From an uncultured Solirubrobacterales bacterium (lineage in GTDB: Bacteria > Actinomycetota > Thermoleophilia > Solirubrobacterales > 70-9), in assembly GCA_963712325.1 (NCBI GenBank), contig CAVQHG010000005.1, forward strand, positions 23,804 through 87,803: 64,000 bases of DNA, read 5' to 3'. A program made the translations under genes and the position numbers. Below the pieces are notes generated by a model that was not told the origin of the DNA, searched no databases, and worked only from the letters and a program-made list of their open reading frames with translations. Positions 16,927 through 29,691 of this stretch are shown here, piece after piece; the stretch's first letter is position 1, and every line of letters begins with the position of its first letter.

Positions 16927-18711
16927 CTAACCGACCCGCTCGGCGTGGGCGATGCGTTCGACGAGGGCGGCGCGCTCGCGGCTGAGCGCGGCGCGGCGCT
17001 CGGTCTCCCCCGCCTCTCCGGCGGCGGAGATCTCGGCCTCGAGGCGGCGCTGCTCGAGCAGCAGGAAGTTGAGCTTCATCGCTTCGGCGGACGCCGGCTG
17101 CTCGCCCGCCATGATCACCAGCTCGGCGATCAGGCCGGCCAGGTCGTCGTCGCCTTGAGGGAGGCTCGCCGCGGGCGCCTCGGGATGCTCGCGAAGCCAG
17201 GCGAGCGCCCGGGCGCCGAGCGGGGAGAGGTGGGCGTCGCCGAGCGCCTCGAGGTACTCGCGGCCCTCCGCCGGCATCGCGATGCACATCGCCAGCAGGG
17301 CGCGCTCGCGCCGCTCGCGCGAGGTGAGCTCGCCGCCGCCGCGGCGGGCGCCGGCCGCCACCGGCCCGGGGCTCGCGCCACCGTCGCCGCCCTCGGGGCC
17401 GCCGCTCGGCGGGCGCGCCGCCGTCACCCGCCCCATCACCGTCGCCGGCTCGAGTTCGAGGCGCTCCGCCACCCGGCGCAGCAGGTCTTCGCGGCTCACC
17501 GTCTCGCCCATCGCCGCCAGCACCGGTGCCACCTCGCCGAGCGCCCGCTCGCGCTCGGACGGCGAGGAGGTGTCGGTGCCGTCGAGCACCAGGCCGACCT
17601 GAAAGACAGGCAGCTCGACAGCCCCCTCGAGCAGCGCCCGGAAGCGCTCGGCGCCGCCCTCGGCGGCCATCATCTCCGCCGGGTCCTCGCCGGCGGGCAT
17701 CGCCGCGATCCGCAGGCTCATCTTGCGCTCGCCGGCGACCCGCTGGGCGCGCAGCATCGCCTCCTGGCCGGCCGAGTCCGCGTCGAGCGCCAGCACTACC
17801 TCCTCGACCATGCCGGAGAGCGTCGCCACCTGCTCCTCGGTTATCGCGGTGCCCATCACCCCGACCGCCTCCTCGACCCCCGCCTGGTGCAGGGCGAGCA
17901 CGTCGGTGTAGCCCTCGACGACGATCGCGCGCCCGGCCCGGGCGATCGCCGCCTTCGCCCGGTCGATCCCGTAGAGCATGCGGCTCTTGTGGAAGAAGTC
18001 GGTCTCCGCCGTGTTGACGTACTTCGCGCCCTGGTCGGAGCGCATCGCGCGGCCGCCGAAGCCGAGGGTGCGGCCGCGACGGTCGCGGATCGGGAACATG
18101 ATCCGCGAGCGGAAGCGGTCGTACTCCCCTCCCCCCCGGCCGCGCTGGACCAGGCCGACGCCGCGCAGCTCGTCTACCTTGAAGCCCGCCCGCTGCCCGC
18201 GCAGCAGGACCTGGTCCCAGGCGCTCGGCGCGTAGCCGACGCCGAAGGAGCGCAGCACCTCCTCCCCCAGACCCCGGTCGCCGAGGTAGGAGCGCGCCTT
18301 CCCGGCCTCATCGGAATCCCACAGGTAGGCCGCGTAGAAGGCCGCCGTGCGGTCGAGCAGCTCTTCCAGGCGGCGCCGCTGCTGGCGGCGTGCCTCGGCG
18401 CGCGGGTCCTCCTTCTCTCGCTCCAGCTCCACCCCGTAGCGGTCGGCGAGCAGCTCGACCGCGTCGGTGAAGCCGACCCCCTCCTTCTCCTCGACGAACT
18501 TGATCGTGTCGCCGCCGACCCCGCAGCCGAAGCAGTGGTAGAGCTTTTCCTGCGGGTCGACGGAGAAGGACGGGGTGCGCTCCTCGTGGAAGGGGCAGAG
18601 GCCGACCCAGCGGGCGCCCTGGCGGCGCAGGTCGGTGTGGGCGGAGACGACCTCGACTATGTCGGCCGCCTGCTTGACCCGCTCGAGGCTCTCGGCGGAG
18701 ATCAGCGCCAC
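16927..18711 (-). CDS. dnaG: DNA primase
   Basis: GTG start. Zinc finger GLCPFHEERTPSFSV...YHCFGCGVGGD. TOPRIM region VVEGYTDVLALHQAG...LALDADSAGQ. Confidence 0.95.
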   Translation of the reverse strand: MALISAESLERVKQAADIVEVVSAHTDLRRQGARWVGLCPFHEERTPSFSVDPQEKLYHCFGCGVGGDTIKFVEEKEGVGFTDAVELLADRYGVELEREKEDPRAEARRQQRRRLEELLDRTAAFYAAYLWDSDEAGKARSYLGDRGLGEEVLRSFGVGYAPSAWDQVLLRGQRAGFKVDELRGVGLVQRGRGGGEYDRFRSRIMFPIRDRRGRTLGFGGRAMRSDQGAKYVNTAETDFFHKSRMLYGIDRAKAAIARAGRAIVVEGYTDVLALHQAGVEEAVGVMGTAITEEQVATLSGMVEEVVLALDADSAGQEAMLRAQRVAGERKMSLRIAAMPAGEDPAEMMAAEGGAERFRALLEGAVELPVFQVGLVLDGTDTSSPSERERALGEVAPVLAAMGETVSREDLLRRVAERLELEPATVMGRVTAARPPSGGPEGGDGGASPGPVAAGARRGGGELTSRERRERALLAMCIAMPAEGREYLEALGDAHLSPLGARALAWLREHPEAPAASLPQGDDDLAGLIAELVIMAGEQPASAEAMKLNFLLLEQRRLEAEISAAGEAGETERRAALSRERAALVERIAHAERVG

Positions 18712-18739
18712 GCCGCCGCCCCCGGCCCGCCCGCGAACA

Positions 18740-19750
18740 TCAGAAGCGCGCCTCCTCGGGCACCGTCAATTCGGTGAAGCGGGCGATGCAGTAGCGGTCG
18801 GTCATACCGGCCAGGTAGTCGGTGACCCGCTGCGTGGGGTCGGCGCCGGGCTCGGCCTCGGGCGCCTGCTCGGGGTGCTCCATGTAGTGGTCGAAGAGCC
18901 CGCGCAGGGTGCGCTGGACCCGTTCCTGCTCGTGGCGGGCGGCCGGCCCCAGGTAGACGCGGTCGAACATGAACTTGCGCAGCCTCAGCATCGCGCCGCC
19001 CACCTCCTCCCCCTGGGCGATGTCGCCGGCGTCGGCGGAGTGGGCGACGATGTCGCGCACCAGGGTGTCGATCCGGGCCGAGCCGGTCGGTCCGAGCAGC
19101 TCGATCTCCTCGGCCGGCAGATCGTCGGGGCGCAGGACGCCGGCGCGCAGGGCATCGTCGATGTCGTGGTTGATGTAGGCGACGCGGTCGACCAGCTTCA
19201 CTATCCGGCCCTCGAGGGTCGCCGGCCGGCTCGAGCCGGTGTGGTTGAGGATCCCGTCGCGGACCGGCTCGGTGAGGTTGAGGCCGGCCCCGTCCCGCTC
19301 GAGCACGTCGACGACACGCAGCGAGTGCTCGTTGTGGCGGAAGCCGCCGGCGCCGCGCTCGCGCAGCGCCGCGTCGAGCGCCTCCTCGCCGCTGTGGCCG
19401 AACGGCGGGTGGCCGAGGTCGTGGCCGAGGCCGATCGCCTCGGTCAGGTCCTCGTTGAGGGAGAGGGCGCGGGCAACGGTGCGGGCGATCCCGCAGGCCT
19501 CGAGGGTGTGCGTGAGGCGCGTGCGGTAGTGGTCGCCCTCGGGGGCGATGAAGACCTGCGTCTTGTGCTTGAGGCGGCGGAAGGCCTTCGAGTGGACGAT
19601 CCGGTCGCGGTCGCGCTGGAACGGGGTCCGGAGGGGGCTGTCGGGCTCCTCGGCACGGCGCTCGGCCGGGTAGGAGGGCGTCGCGGACTCGGCGAGGAAC
19701 TCTCCCTCCCAGGCCCTCACGCGCTCCTCCAGATCGACCGCCGTCCTCAC
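18740..19750 (-). CDS. dgt: dGTP triphosphohydrolase-like HD-domain protein
   Basis: FQRDRDRIVHSKAFRRLKHKTQVF...RLTHTLE...GHDLGHPPFGH. It is adjacent to dnaG, as in other actinobacteria. Confidence 0.85.
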   Translation of the reverse strand: MRTAVDLEERVRAWEGEFLAESATPSYPAERRAEEPDSPLRTPFQRDRDRIVHSKAFRRLKHKTQVFIAPEGDHYRTRLTHTLEACGIARTVARALSLNEDLTEAIGLGHDLGHPPFGHSGEEALDAALRERGAGGFRHNEHSLRVVDVLERDGAGLNLTEPVRDGILNHTGSSRPATLEGRIVKLVDRVAYINHDIDDALRAGVLRPDDLPAEEIELLGPTGSARIDTLVRDIVAHSADAGDIAQGEEVGGAMLRLRKFMFDRVYLGPAARHEQERVQRTLRGLFDHYMEHPEQAPEAEPGADPTQRVTDYLAGMTDRYCIARFTELTVPEEARF

Positions 19751-19760
19751 ATCTCCGATC

Positions 19761-20498
19761 CTACGCGGCAGCGCGCAACTGCACGTGGGCGTGATGCTCG
19801 AGCGTCTCGCCCACGGCTCGCTCGGCGAGGCGCAGGTCGCGCTCGCCGACCTCGGCGGGGGCCTCCGCCAGCGGCCTGGCGATCGCCTCGACCATGAATC
19901 GGTGCGCCTCCCCGGTCAGCGGGAACGAGCCGGAGCCCCCCTCGCAGGCGGAGCAGACGACCCCGCCGGCGGCCCCCGAGAAACCGGTCAGGTGGTCGGC
20001 CTCGCCGCAGCGCGCGCAGGATGCGAGCTCGGGCGCGAACCCCGCCGCCAGGGCCAGCTTCAAGCGGAAGGCGACCGCCGTCTGCGCCGCCGACGCCCGC
20101 GCCCCGAGCTCCGCGTCGTCGAGCATCGAGAGGTAGCGGCAGAGCAGGTTGTAGGCGGGGCGGTTGGCCTCGGCCGAGTCGAGCAGCCGCAGGACCGAGT
20201 CGCAGGCGCGGGCGCCGGCGCCCAGCGCCGGCCCCGAGGAGCGCAGGCGTGGGTAGCCGTCGACGGTGGCGACGTTGGTCACCGTGAGCAGCTCGCTGCG
20301 CCCTTCGTGGAGCACGAGGTCGAGCCGGAAGAACGGCTCCAGACGCCCGCCGAAGCGCGATCGTGGCTTGCGGACGCCCTTCGCGATCGCGTTCACCCGC
20401 CCCCGGGCGGCCGAGTAGAGGTGGAGGATGCGATCTGCCTCGCCGTAGCGGATGCTGCGCAGCACCACCGCCTCCGTCTTCACCGTCCGTCCAGGCAC
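19761..20498 (-). CDS. recO: DNA repair protein RecO
   Basis: EAVVLRSIRYGEADRILHLYSAARGRV N-terminal OB region and a C-terminal CxxC...CxxC motif (CARCGE...VCSACE). Confidence 0.85.
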   Translation of the reverse strand: MPGRTVKTEAVVLRSIRYGEADRILHLYSAARGRVNAIAKGVRKPRSRFGGRLEPFFRLDLVLHEGRSELLTVTNVATVDGYPRLRSSGPALGAGARACDSVLRLLDSAEANRPAYNLLCRYLSMLDDAELGARASAAQTAVAFRLKLALAAGFAPELASCARCGEADHLTGFSGAAGGVVCSACEGGSGSFPLTGEAHRFMVEAIARPLAEAPAEVGERDLRLAERAVGETLEHHAHVQLRAAA

Positions 20499-20592
20499 CT
20501 ACTCAGATTGAACCCCCGGCCGGACGGCGTGGGCACGTTTCGCCCTGCCATGGCAGGGTCAAGTGTCGAAGCGACAGGCGTCCGGGGAATCG

Positions 20593-21495
20593 CTAGCGGC
20601 GGGCGCGGCGGCGAGGGCGCCTGCGCAGGCGGACCTGGCAGCTCGGGCAGTAGTAGGTCGAGCGGCCGGAGACGACGATCCTGGCGATCGGCCCGCCGCA
20701 GCGCGGACAGGACTCCCCCTCGCGCGTGTGGACGAGGAACTCGTTCTGCATCCCGCCCTGCTCGCCGCGCCCGTCACGGTAGTCGTCGATCGAGGCGCCG
20801 CCGTGCTCGATCCCCGCCTCGAGCGCCTCGACGACGCCCTCGCGCAATGCCTCGAGGTGCTCGGGCTTCATCGAGCCGGCCGGCGAGAGGGGATGCAGCC
20901 GCGCCCGGAAGAGCGCCTCGTCGGCATAGATGTTGCCGACCCCGGCGATGTGGGCCTGGTCGAGCAGGAACGACTTCAGCGGAGCCGAGCGCCCCGCAGC
21001 CCGTTCGCCGAGCAGCTCGGCGGTGAACTCCTCCGAGAGCGGCTCGACGCCGAGCCTCGCGAAGCGCTCCTCGAGGCCCGGGTCGTCGACCAGGAAGGCC
21101 TCCCCGAAGCGGCGGGGGTCGGTGAACCACAGCTCGCGCCCGTCGTCGAGGGAGAAGCGCGCCCGCAGGTGTCGCTCGGAGGTCGAGCGCTCCCCCTCGT
21201 ACAGGCGCATCCCCTCGGAGGGGTCGAGCCGATCCTGCCCCTCGATGAGCACAAGGTTGCCGGTCATCCGCAGGTGCATGACCAGGGTGCGACCGTCGTC
21301 GAGCCCGAGCAGCAGGTACTTGCCCCGCCGGCCGAGCCCCTCGATCGTGCGCCCGGCCACGGCCCGCTCGACCGCCGCGGGCGGCACCGGCCTCGTCCAT
21401 CGCGGGTCGAGGACCTCGAGCGCCTCGATCCGCCGCCCTGCGATCTCCGGCTCGAGCTGACGGCAGACGGTCTCGACCTCCGGCAGCTCGGGCAT
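20593..21495 (-). CDS. mutM: formamidopyrimidine-DNA glycosylase
   Basis: The MPELPEVE N-terminus is diagnostic. C-terminal zinc finger CPRCGGPI...YYCPSCQ. Confidence 0.9.
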   Translation of the reverse strand: MPELPEVETVCRQLEPEIAGRRIEALEVLDPRWTRPVPPAAVERAVAGRTIEGLGRRGKYLLLGLDDGRTLVMHLRMTGNLVLIEGQDRLDPSEGMRLYEGERSTSERHLRARFSLDDGRELWFTDPRRFGEAFLVDDPGLEERFARLGVEPLSEEFTAELLGERAAGRSAPLKSFLLDQAHIAGVGNIYADEALFRARLHPLSPAGSMKPEHLEALREGVVEALEAGIEHGGASIDDYRDGRGEQGGMQNEFLVHTREGESCPRCGGPIARIVVSGRSTYYCPSCQVRLRRRPRRRARR

Positions 21496-21656
21496 CCCCG
21501 AGTTCTACACCTGCTGAAGCTCCACGCCCGCTGAGTTCAACTTTGTCCGCCCTATGAGCGGATAAGTGCGAACTCAGCGGGGGGCAGGGCGACGGCGGGC
21601 CGTTGCGCCCCGTTGCGCCGGTGGGCGGTTGGCGCCCCGTTGGGGCGTTGGGGCCG

Positions 21657-22625
<969 letters not shown>

Positions 22626-22650
22626 GCCGGGGAGTTCTCCCCGCCGGCGC

Positions 22651-23742
22651 TCAGACCTTGCCGCGCAAGACCGCGCCCGCCAGCGCCGCGCCGGCGGCGA
22701 GCGGTGCGGCGAAGAAGAGCGGGTCCTCGGCAAGCGCGCGGCCCATTGTGCGCGCCGGCAGGCCGCTCTCCAGGTAGCCGTCGAGGTCGACGGGCCCGGT
22801 CAATAGCCGGTGGCGGCCTCCCGCGACCTCCCGCAGCGCCCGCTCCGCCTCGGCGCCCGCCGGCCAGCGCTCCGGGCGCTCGGGCAGCGCGACCTCGAGC
22901 GGCGCCAGCGCCAGGCCCAGAGCGGTGAGGGTGTGATGGCTGGCGCCGCGGTGCCGCTCGCGCGGGTCCGAGGAGGAGAGCCGCGGCGAGAGCATCGTCG
23001 GCAGGCCGAGCGCCAGGGCGCTGTGGGCGCTCTCGAGCGCGACCGCTCCCCCGTGCCCGAGGCGGGTCGCCGAGCCGATGATCCCGGGCCCCGGCCCGGC
23101 CAGCACAGCCTCCCAGCCAAGGCCGTGGGCGGCGTCCAGGGCGCCCGCGGTGGTGACCGCCTCGTGCTCGCCGCCGTAGGCGCCGCCTGCGGTGAGATGA
23201 GACTCGAGCAGGCCGCGCTCGCGAAGCTCGGCGACGTCCCTCGAGAGCGCTCCCGGCAGCGCCCCCCCGGCGGTCTGCACGTAGCCGAGGCGGATCCCGG
23301 GCGCTGTCTGCACCGCGCTCCAGACCGCCGGCGCCAGGTGCCCGTGCAGGGGCAGCACGAGGACGGGCGGGCCCGCTTCCCGCGACTCCCCCGGCCTGGC
23401 TCCCTCCTCACCCGTCAGGCCATCGATGGGCCGGGCCGGCGAGATCTTCTCGACCGGATCGACCGGATGCTGGAGGGAGGTGTAGTTGAGCTTGATCACG
23501 TGCTCGCCGTCCACCCGGCCCGCCGCCAGGCCGCGGGTCAGGTTGACGTGGACGACGTCGAAGCCCCCCGAGCCGAGGCCCAGCTCGACCGCGCAGACGT
23601 TGACGACCACCTCGTCGCCCTCGCGCATCTCCCCCAGCAGCGCGGTGTCGGCCCAGGCGTCCCGCAGCTCGCCGTCGACCTCGACCGCCAACGGCTCCTC
23701 GCGCGCGACGACCCCCCTGCGCAGCTGAAGGCGGCCGCTCAC
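22651..23742 (-). CDS. DUF3866-family protein
   Basis: The GTG at 23742 overlaps the M20 stop (GTGA). Conserved-looking VVNVCAVELGLGSGGFDVVHVNLTRGL...IKLNYTSLQ...LPLHGHLAP. The family name is recalled from memory. Confidence 0.55.
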   Translation of the reverse strand: MSGRLQLRRGVVAREEPLAVEVDGELRDAWADTALLGEMREGDEVVVNVCAVELGLGSGGFDVVHVNLTRGLAAGRVDGEHVIKLNYTSLQHPVDPVEKISPARPIDGLTGEEGARPGESREAGPPVLVLPLHGHLAPAVWSAVQTAPGIRLGYVQTAGGALPGALSRDVAELRERGLLESHLTAGGAYGGEHEAVTTAGALDAAHGLGWEAVLAGPGPGIIGSATRLGHGGAVALESAHSALALGLPTMLSPRLSSSDPRERHRGASHHTLTALGLALAPLEVALPERPERWPAGAEAERALREVAGGRHRLLTGPVDLDGYLESGLPARTMGRALAEDPLFFAAPLAAGAALAGAVLRGKV

Positions 23743-24869
23743 TCGGCCGCGGCGGCTGCGACTATCCCCTCGCAGACCTCGAGCATCGTCTCGAGGTTGC
23801 GCGCCGAGACGCTCTCCTCGGCGGTGTGGACGTCGTTGGTGCCGTTGGAGAGCAGGACGCAGTCGAAGCCCTCGAGGCGCATCGCGTTGACGTCGCTGCC
23901 GCCGCCGATCGCGACCCGCCTGGGCTCCAGGCCCGCAGAGCGCAGCCCCGCCTCGGCCAGCGCCAGCGCCTCGGAGTCCTCGGGCAGCTCGTAGCCGCGG
24001 AACAGCTCCTCGACCTGCACGTCGACGTCGCAGCCATGCTCGCTGGCACCCCATGCACAGGCATCGGCGATCACACCCGCGACCTCGGCCGCCCGCCCCC
24101 CGTCGAGGCTGCGGGTCTCGGCGACGATCCAGCAGTGGCCGGGGACGACATTGCCCGAGGTGCCGCCCTCGATCAGCCCGACGTTGGCCGTGGTCCCCTC
24201 GTCGAGGCGGCCCAGCTCCATCCGCGAGACGGCGGCCGCCGCGGCGGCGATCGCGTTGCTGCCGTCCTCGGGCCGGATCCCGGCGTGCGCCTCCACTCCC
24301 GAGAAGTCGGCGCGGATCTTCTGCTGGGTCGGCGTCGCGACCACCACCTCGCCCACCGGGCCGGCGTGGTCGAGCACGAAGCCCTGCCGGGAGCGCAGCG
24401 AGGAGGTGTCGAAGGCCTTCGCCCCGCGCAGCCCCTGCTCCTCGGCGACGGTGAAGAGCAGCTCGAGGCCGACCGCCGGAGGCTGCGGAGCCTCGGCCGC
24501 CCGCGCGCCGAGCTCCATGAAGACCGCGACCGCCGCCTTGTTGTCGGCGCCGAGGATCGTCTCTCCGCGGCTGCGGAAGACGCCTTCGTCCTCGACCACC
24601 TCGACCTGGCCCCGGTGCGGGACCGTGTCGATATGGGCGCAGAAGGTGAGCCAGCGCTCGCCCGAGCCCGGCAGGCGGGCGAGCAGGTTGCCGGCGCCTG
24701 CCTCGGCCGGCCCCGCCGCCCCGTCCTCGGCGACCTCGAAGCCGAGCGCCCCCATCTCGGCGGCGATCGTGTCGGCCACCTCGCGCTCCTCCCCGGTCGG
24801 GCTTCGAATCTCGCAGAGCCGCACGAAGGTCTCGCGCAGCCTCTCCGTGGCGGCCTCGGACATCGTCAT
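23739..24869 (-). CDS. M20-family metallopeptidase (peptidase T / deacylase-like)
   Basis: FCAHIDTVPH metal-ligand motif, GADNKAAVA, FTVAEEQGLRGA, and a C-terminal region typical of M20. Confidence 0.75.
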   Translation of the reverse strand: MTMSEAATERLRETFVRLCEIRSPTGEEREVADTIAAEMGALGFEVAEDGAAGPAEAGAGNLLARLPGSGERWLTFCAHIDTVPHRGQVEVVEDEGVFRSRGETILGADNKAAVAVFMELGARAAEAPQPPAVGLELLFTVAEEQGLRGAKAFDTSSLRSRQGFVLDHAGPVGEVVVATPTQQKIRADFSGVEAHAGIRPEDGSNAIAAAAAAVSRMELGRLDEGTTANVGLIEGGTSGNVVPGHCWIVAETRSLDGGRAAEVAGVIADACAWGASEHGCDVDVQVEELFRGYELPEDSEALALAEAGLRSAGLEPRRVAIGGGSDVNAMRLEGFDCVLLSNGTNDVHTAEESVSARNLETMLEVCEGIVAAAAAE

Positions 24870-24956
24870 GGCGCGTCCTCGGTCACTTGCGGGCGGACTC
24901 CATGGGCGAAGGCTAGTTCACCGCAACCCGCTCGGGGCCGCCCGCCTCCGAGCCGC

Positions 24957-27533
<2,577 letters not shown>

Positions 27534-27537
<4 letters not shown>

Positions 27538-28409
27538 CTGCGCCGCTCGTCGGGCGCCAGCAGGTCGGGCAGCAGGCGGTCGGCGGAGCTCTTGATCCCG
27601 AAGCTGCCCTCGGCGCCGAGCAGGGCGAAGACCGCGGCCAGCCGCCCCGCGACGAGGTCGACGTCGTCGACGCTGGAGAGGTCGTTGCCCTGGTAGAAGG
27701 AGATCGACGAGCCTTCCTGGTCGCTCTTCTCGACCCCGACCGCCGGCGTCTTGGTGCCGACGATGCCGCTCATCAGGCCCGACTCGAGCCTGCCCGCGAG
27801 CGCCGTCCGCTTTGGCCCCATCGCCCGCGGCGGGAGGTGGACGACGATCACCCCGTCGAGGGCGCCGAAGTTGCCGCTCGCCCGCGAGAAGAGGTGACCG
27901 CGCACGGCGTTGACCAGGGTTCCGCCGCGGACCACCTGGCGCCCGACGCCGACCCCGAAGGCACTCAGCGTTTCCGGGTTGCGCGCGATGTCGGAGAAGC
28001 GCGTGCGGGAGAGGTCGGCGGCCAGGCCGCGGACGTCGACCGGCTCGCGCACCACCCCGACCCCGACGAGCCGCGCCCCGGTCGGCGCCAGCGCCTCCTC
28101 GATCGAGTCGGAGACGTCGCCCGGCAGCTCGCCGATCGCAAGCAGCCCGATTCGCCTGCCGTCGAGCAGGTCGCGGACGAGCACCGGGTAGACGCGGCTC
28201 GCGAATTCGTTCGACCGGCTCAGTTCGCCGCCCAGCTGATCGGAGCGCTCGCGCGCTTCCTGGAGGTTGTCGACGAGGCTGTGCTCGAGGTCGCGGCGCG
28301 TGTTGCGCAGCGTGTCGCCGCCGAACTCGGCCCCGATCAGGATCCCGATCGCGAGGGCGATGAACACCGCGACCAGCGAGGCGGCGTGATAGCGCGCGCT
28401 GTAGCCCAT
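27534..28409 (-). CDS. MctB-like 'copper transporter' family protein
   Basis: N-terminal TM (HAASLVAVFIALAIGILIG), then a coiled region and GLLAIGELP...VGVGVVREP. The position next to steA matches Rv1698/Rv1697. Confidence 0.55.
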
Positions 28410-28424
28410 CGGCGGGAAGCCTAG

Positions 28425-29612
28425 CTACACGCCGAGCCAGATCCGGATCTTCAGCCAGAGCAGGCTGACCAGGTCGCTGAGGGCCGGCGAGGTGGCGATC
28501 ACGATCACCAGCAGCACCGTGAAGACCGCGATGAAGACGACCAGCGGGCCGAAGGAGGAGCCCGGGTTGTAGAGGCGGCTCACCCCCTTGGCGTCGACCA
28601 GCTTCTCGCCGATCCGCAGCCGGGTCAGGAAGGTGGAGGACATCCCGCCCCGCTTGCGGTCGAGGAACTCGATCAGGTTGAAGTGGGCGCCGACGGAGAC
28701 GATCAGGTCGGCCCCCTTCTCGAACGCCATCAGCATCGCGACGTCCTCGCTGGTGCCGGCGGCGGGTACCAGCGTGTGGTCGAGGCCGAGCGCAAGCAGG
28801 CGCTCGCGCCCGGGGGCCCGGCCGTCGGGATAGGCGTGGACGATCAGCTCGGCCCCGCAGCTGAGGGCGGCATCGCTGGCCGAGTCCATGTCGCCGAGGA
28901 TCACGTCCGGGCGCAGCCCCTCCTGGAGGGCGCCGTCGGCCCCACCGTCGACGGCGACGACAAGCGGCCGCACGTCGCGGACGTAGGCCCGCAGCGCCTT
29001 GATGTCGTTCCGGTGACGGTCGCCGCGGACGACGATCAGGACGTGGCGGTCGCGGAAGCTGGCGCGGGTCGGCGGAAACTGGACGGCGCCGGTGAGCAGG
29101 TCGGTCTCGCCGCGCACGTGGGCGACGGTGTTCTCGGCGAACTCGGCGAGCGCCTCGTCGACGCGCAGCCGCTGCTCGTCGAGCTGGCGCTCGAGCTCCT
29201 CGATGCCGAGCACCCGCCCGTGCAGCGCCCGACCGCCCTCGGCGCTCCGCACCGAGCCACCCTCGACCCGAACCCGCTCGCCGTCGCCGAGCGCCGCGAA
29301 CGGGTCCCCGTCGAGGTCGACGAGGACGATCCCGGCGCGGGCGAGGAGCAGCGGGCCGGCGTTCGGATAGCGGCCGTTGGAGGACGGCGCGGCGTTGAGG
29401 ACGGCGCGGACGCCGGTCGCGATCAGCTCCTCGGCGGCGATCCGATCGATGTTGAGGTGGTCGACGACGGCGACGTCGCCGGGGCGAAGGCGCCTGACCA
29501 GGTCCTTGGTCCGCCGCCCGAGCCGGGCCGTCCCCTCCACCGCGTCGGCCGGGCCGGCGCCGTTGCGCCGCGAGAGCAGCGCCGGGAGGCGGCGGCGGCT
29601 GGCGGTCGCCAT
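28425..29612 (-). CDS. steA: putative cytokinetic ring protein SteA
   Basis: GTARLGRRTKDLVRRLRPGDVAVVDHLNIDRIAAEELIATGVRAVLNA plus a C-terminal TM. It sits between recN and the mctB-like gene. Confidence 0.7.
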   Translation of the reverse strand: MATASRRRLPALLSRRNGAGPADAVEGTARLGRRTKDLVRRLRPGDVAVVDHLNIDRIAAEELIATGVRAVLNAAPSSNGRYPNAGPLLLARAGIVLVDLDGDPFAALGDGERVRVEGGSVRSAEGGRALHGRVLGIEELERQLDEQRLRVDEALAEFAENTVAHVRGETDLLTGAVQFPPTRASFRDRHVLIVVRGDRHRNDIKALRAYVRDVRPLVVAVDGGADGALQEGLRPDVILGDMDSASDAALSCGAELIVHAYPDGRAPGRERLLALGLDHTLVPAAGTSEDVAMLMAFEKGADLIVSVGAHFNLIEFLDRKRGGMSSTFLTRLRIGEKLVDAKGVSRLYNPGSSFGPLVVFIAVFTVLLVIVIATSPALSDLVSLLWLKIRIWLGV

Positions 29613-29691
29613 GGGCTAGACCGCGCGCTTTGCTCGGATCGCAGGGAGGCGGAGGTGAGCGCTCGCTCGCCGCACCCCCTGAGATTAGCCG

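Noticed and set aside
16041-16927. tRNA-Asn plus the HNH gene considered as a prophage, ICE or genomic island.
   Set aside because: Only one gene is involved. There is no integrase and no distal att repeat. The duplicated 15-mer copies are 13 nt apart, so they do not flank the gene. I keep it as a single-gene insertion.
20543-20558. Perfect 16-nt palindrome CCCTGCCATGGCAGGG between mutM and recO, considered as a terminator or operator.
   Set aside because: It forms only a 6-bp stem with a 4-nt loop and has no U-tract on either strand. It is too small to distinguish from chance in GC-rich DNA.
21531-21589. Candidate dif site next to xerD.
   Set aside because: It does not resemble the 28-bp XerC/D dif consensus as I remember it (no central hexamer flanked by ATAA/TTAT-type arms). 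I report it only as an inverted repeat.
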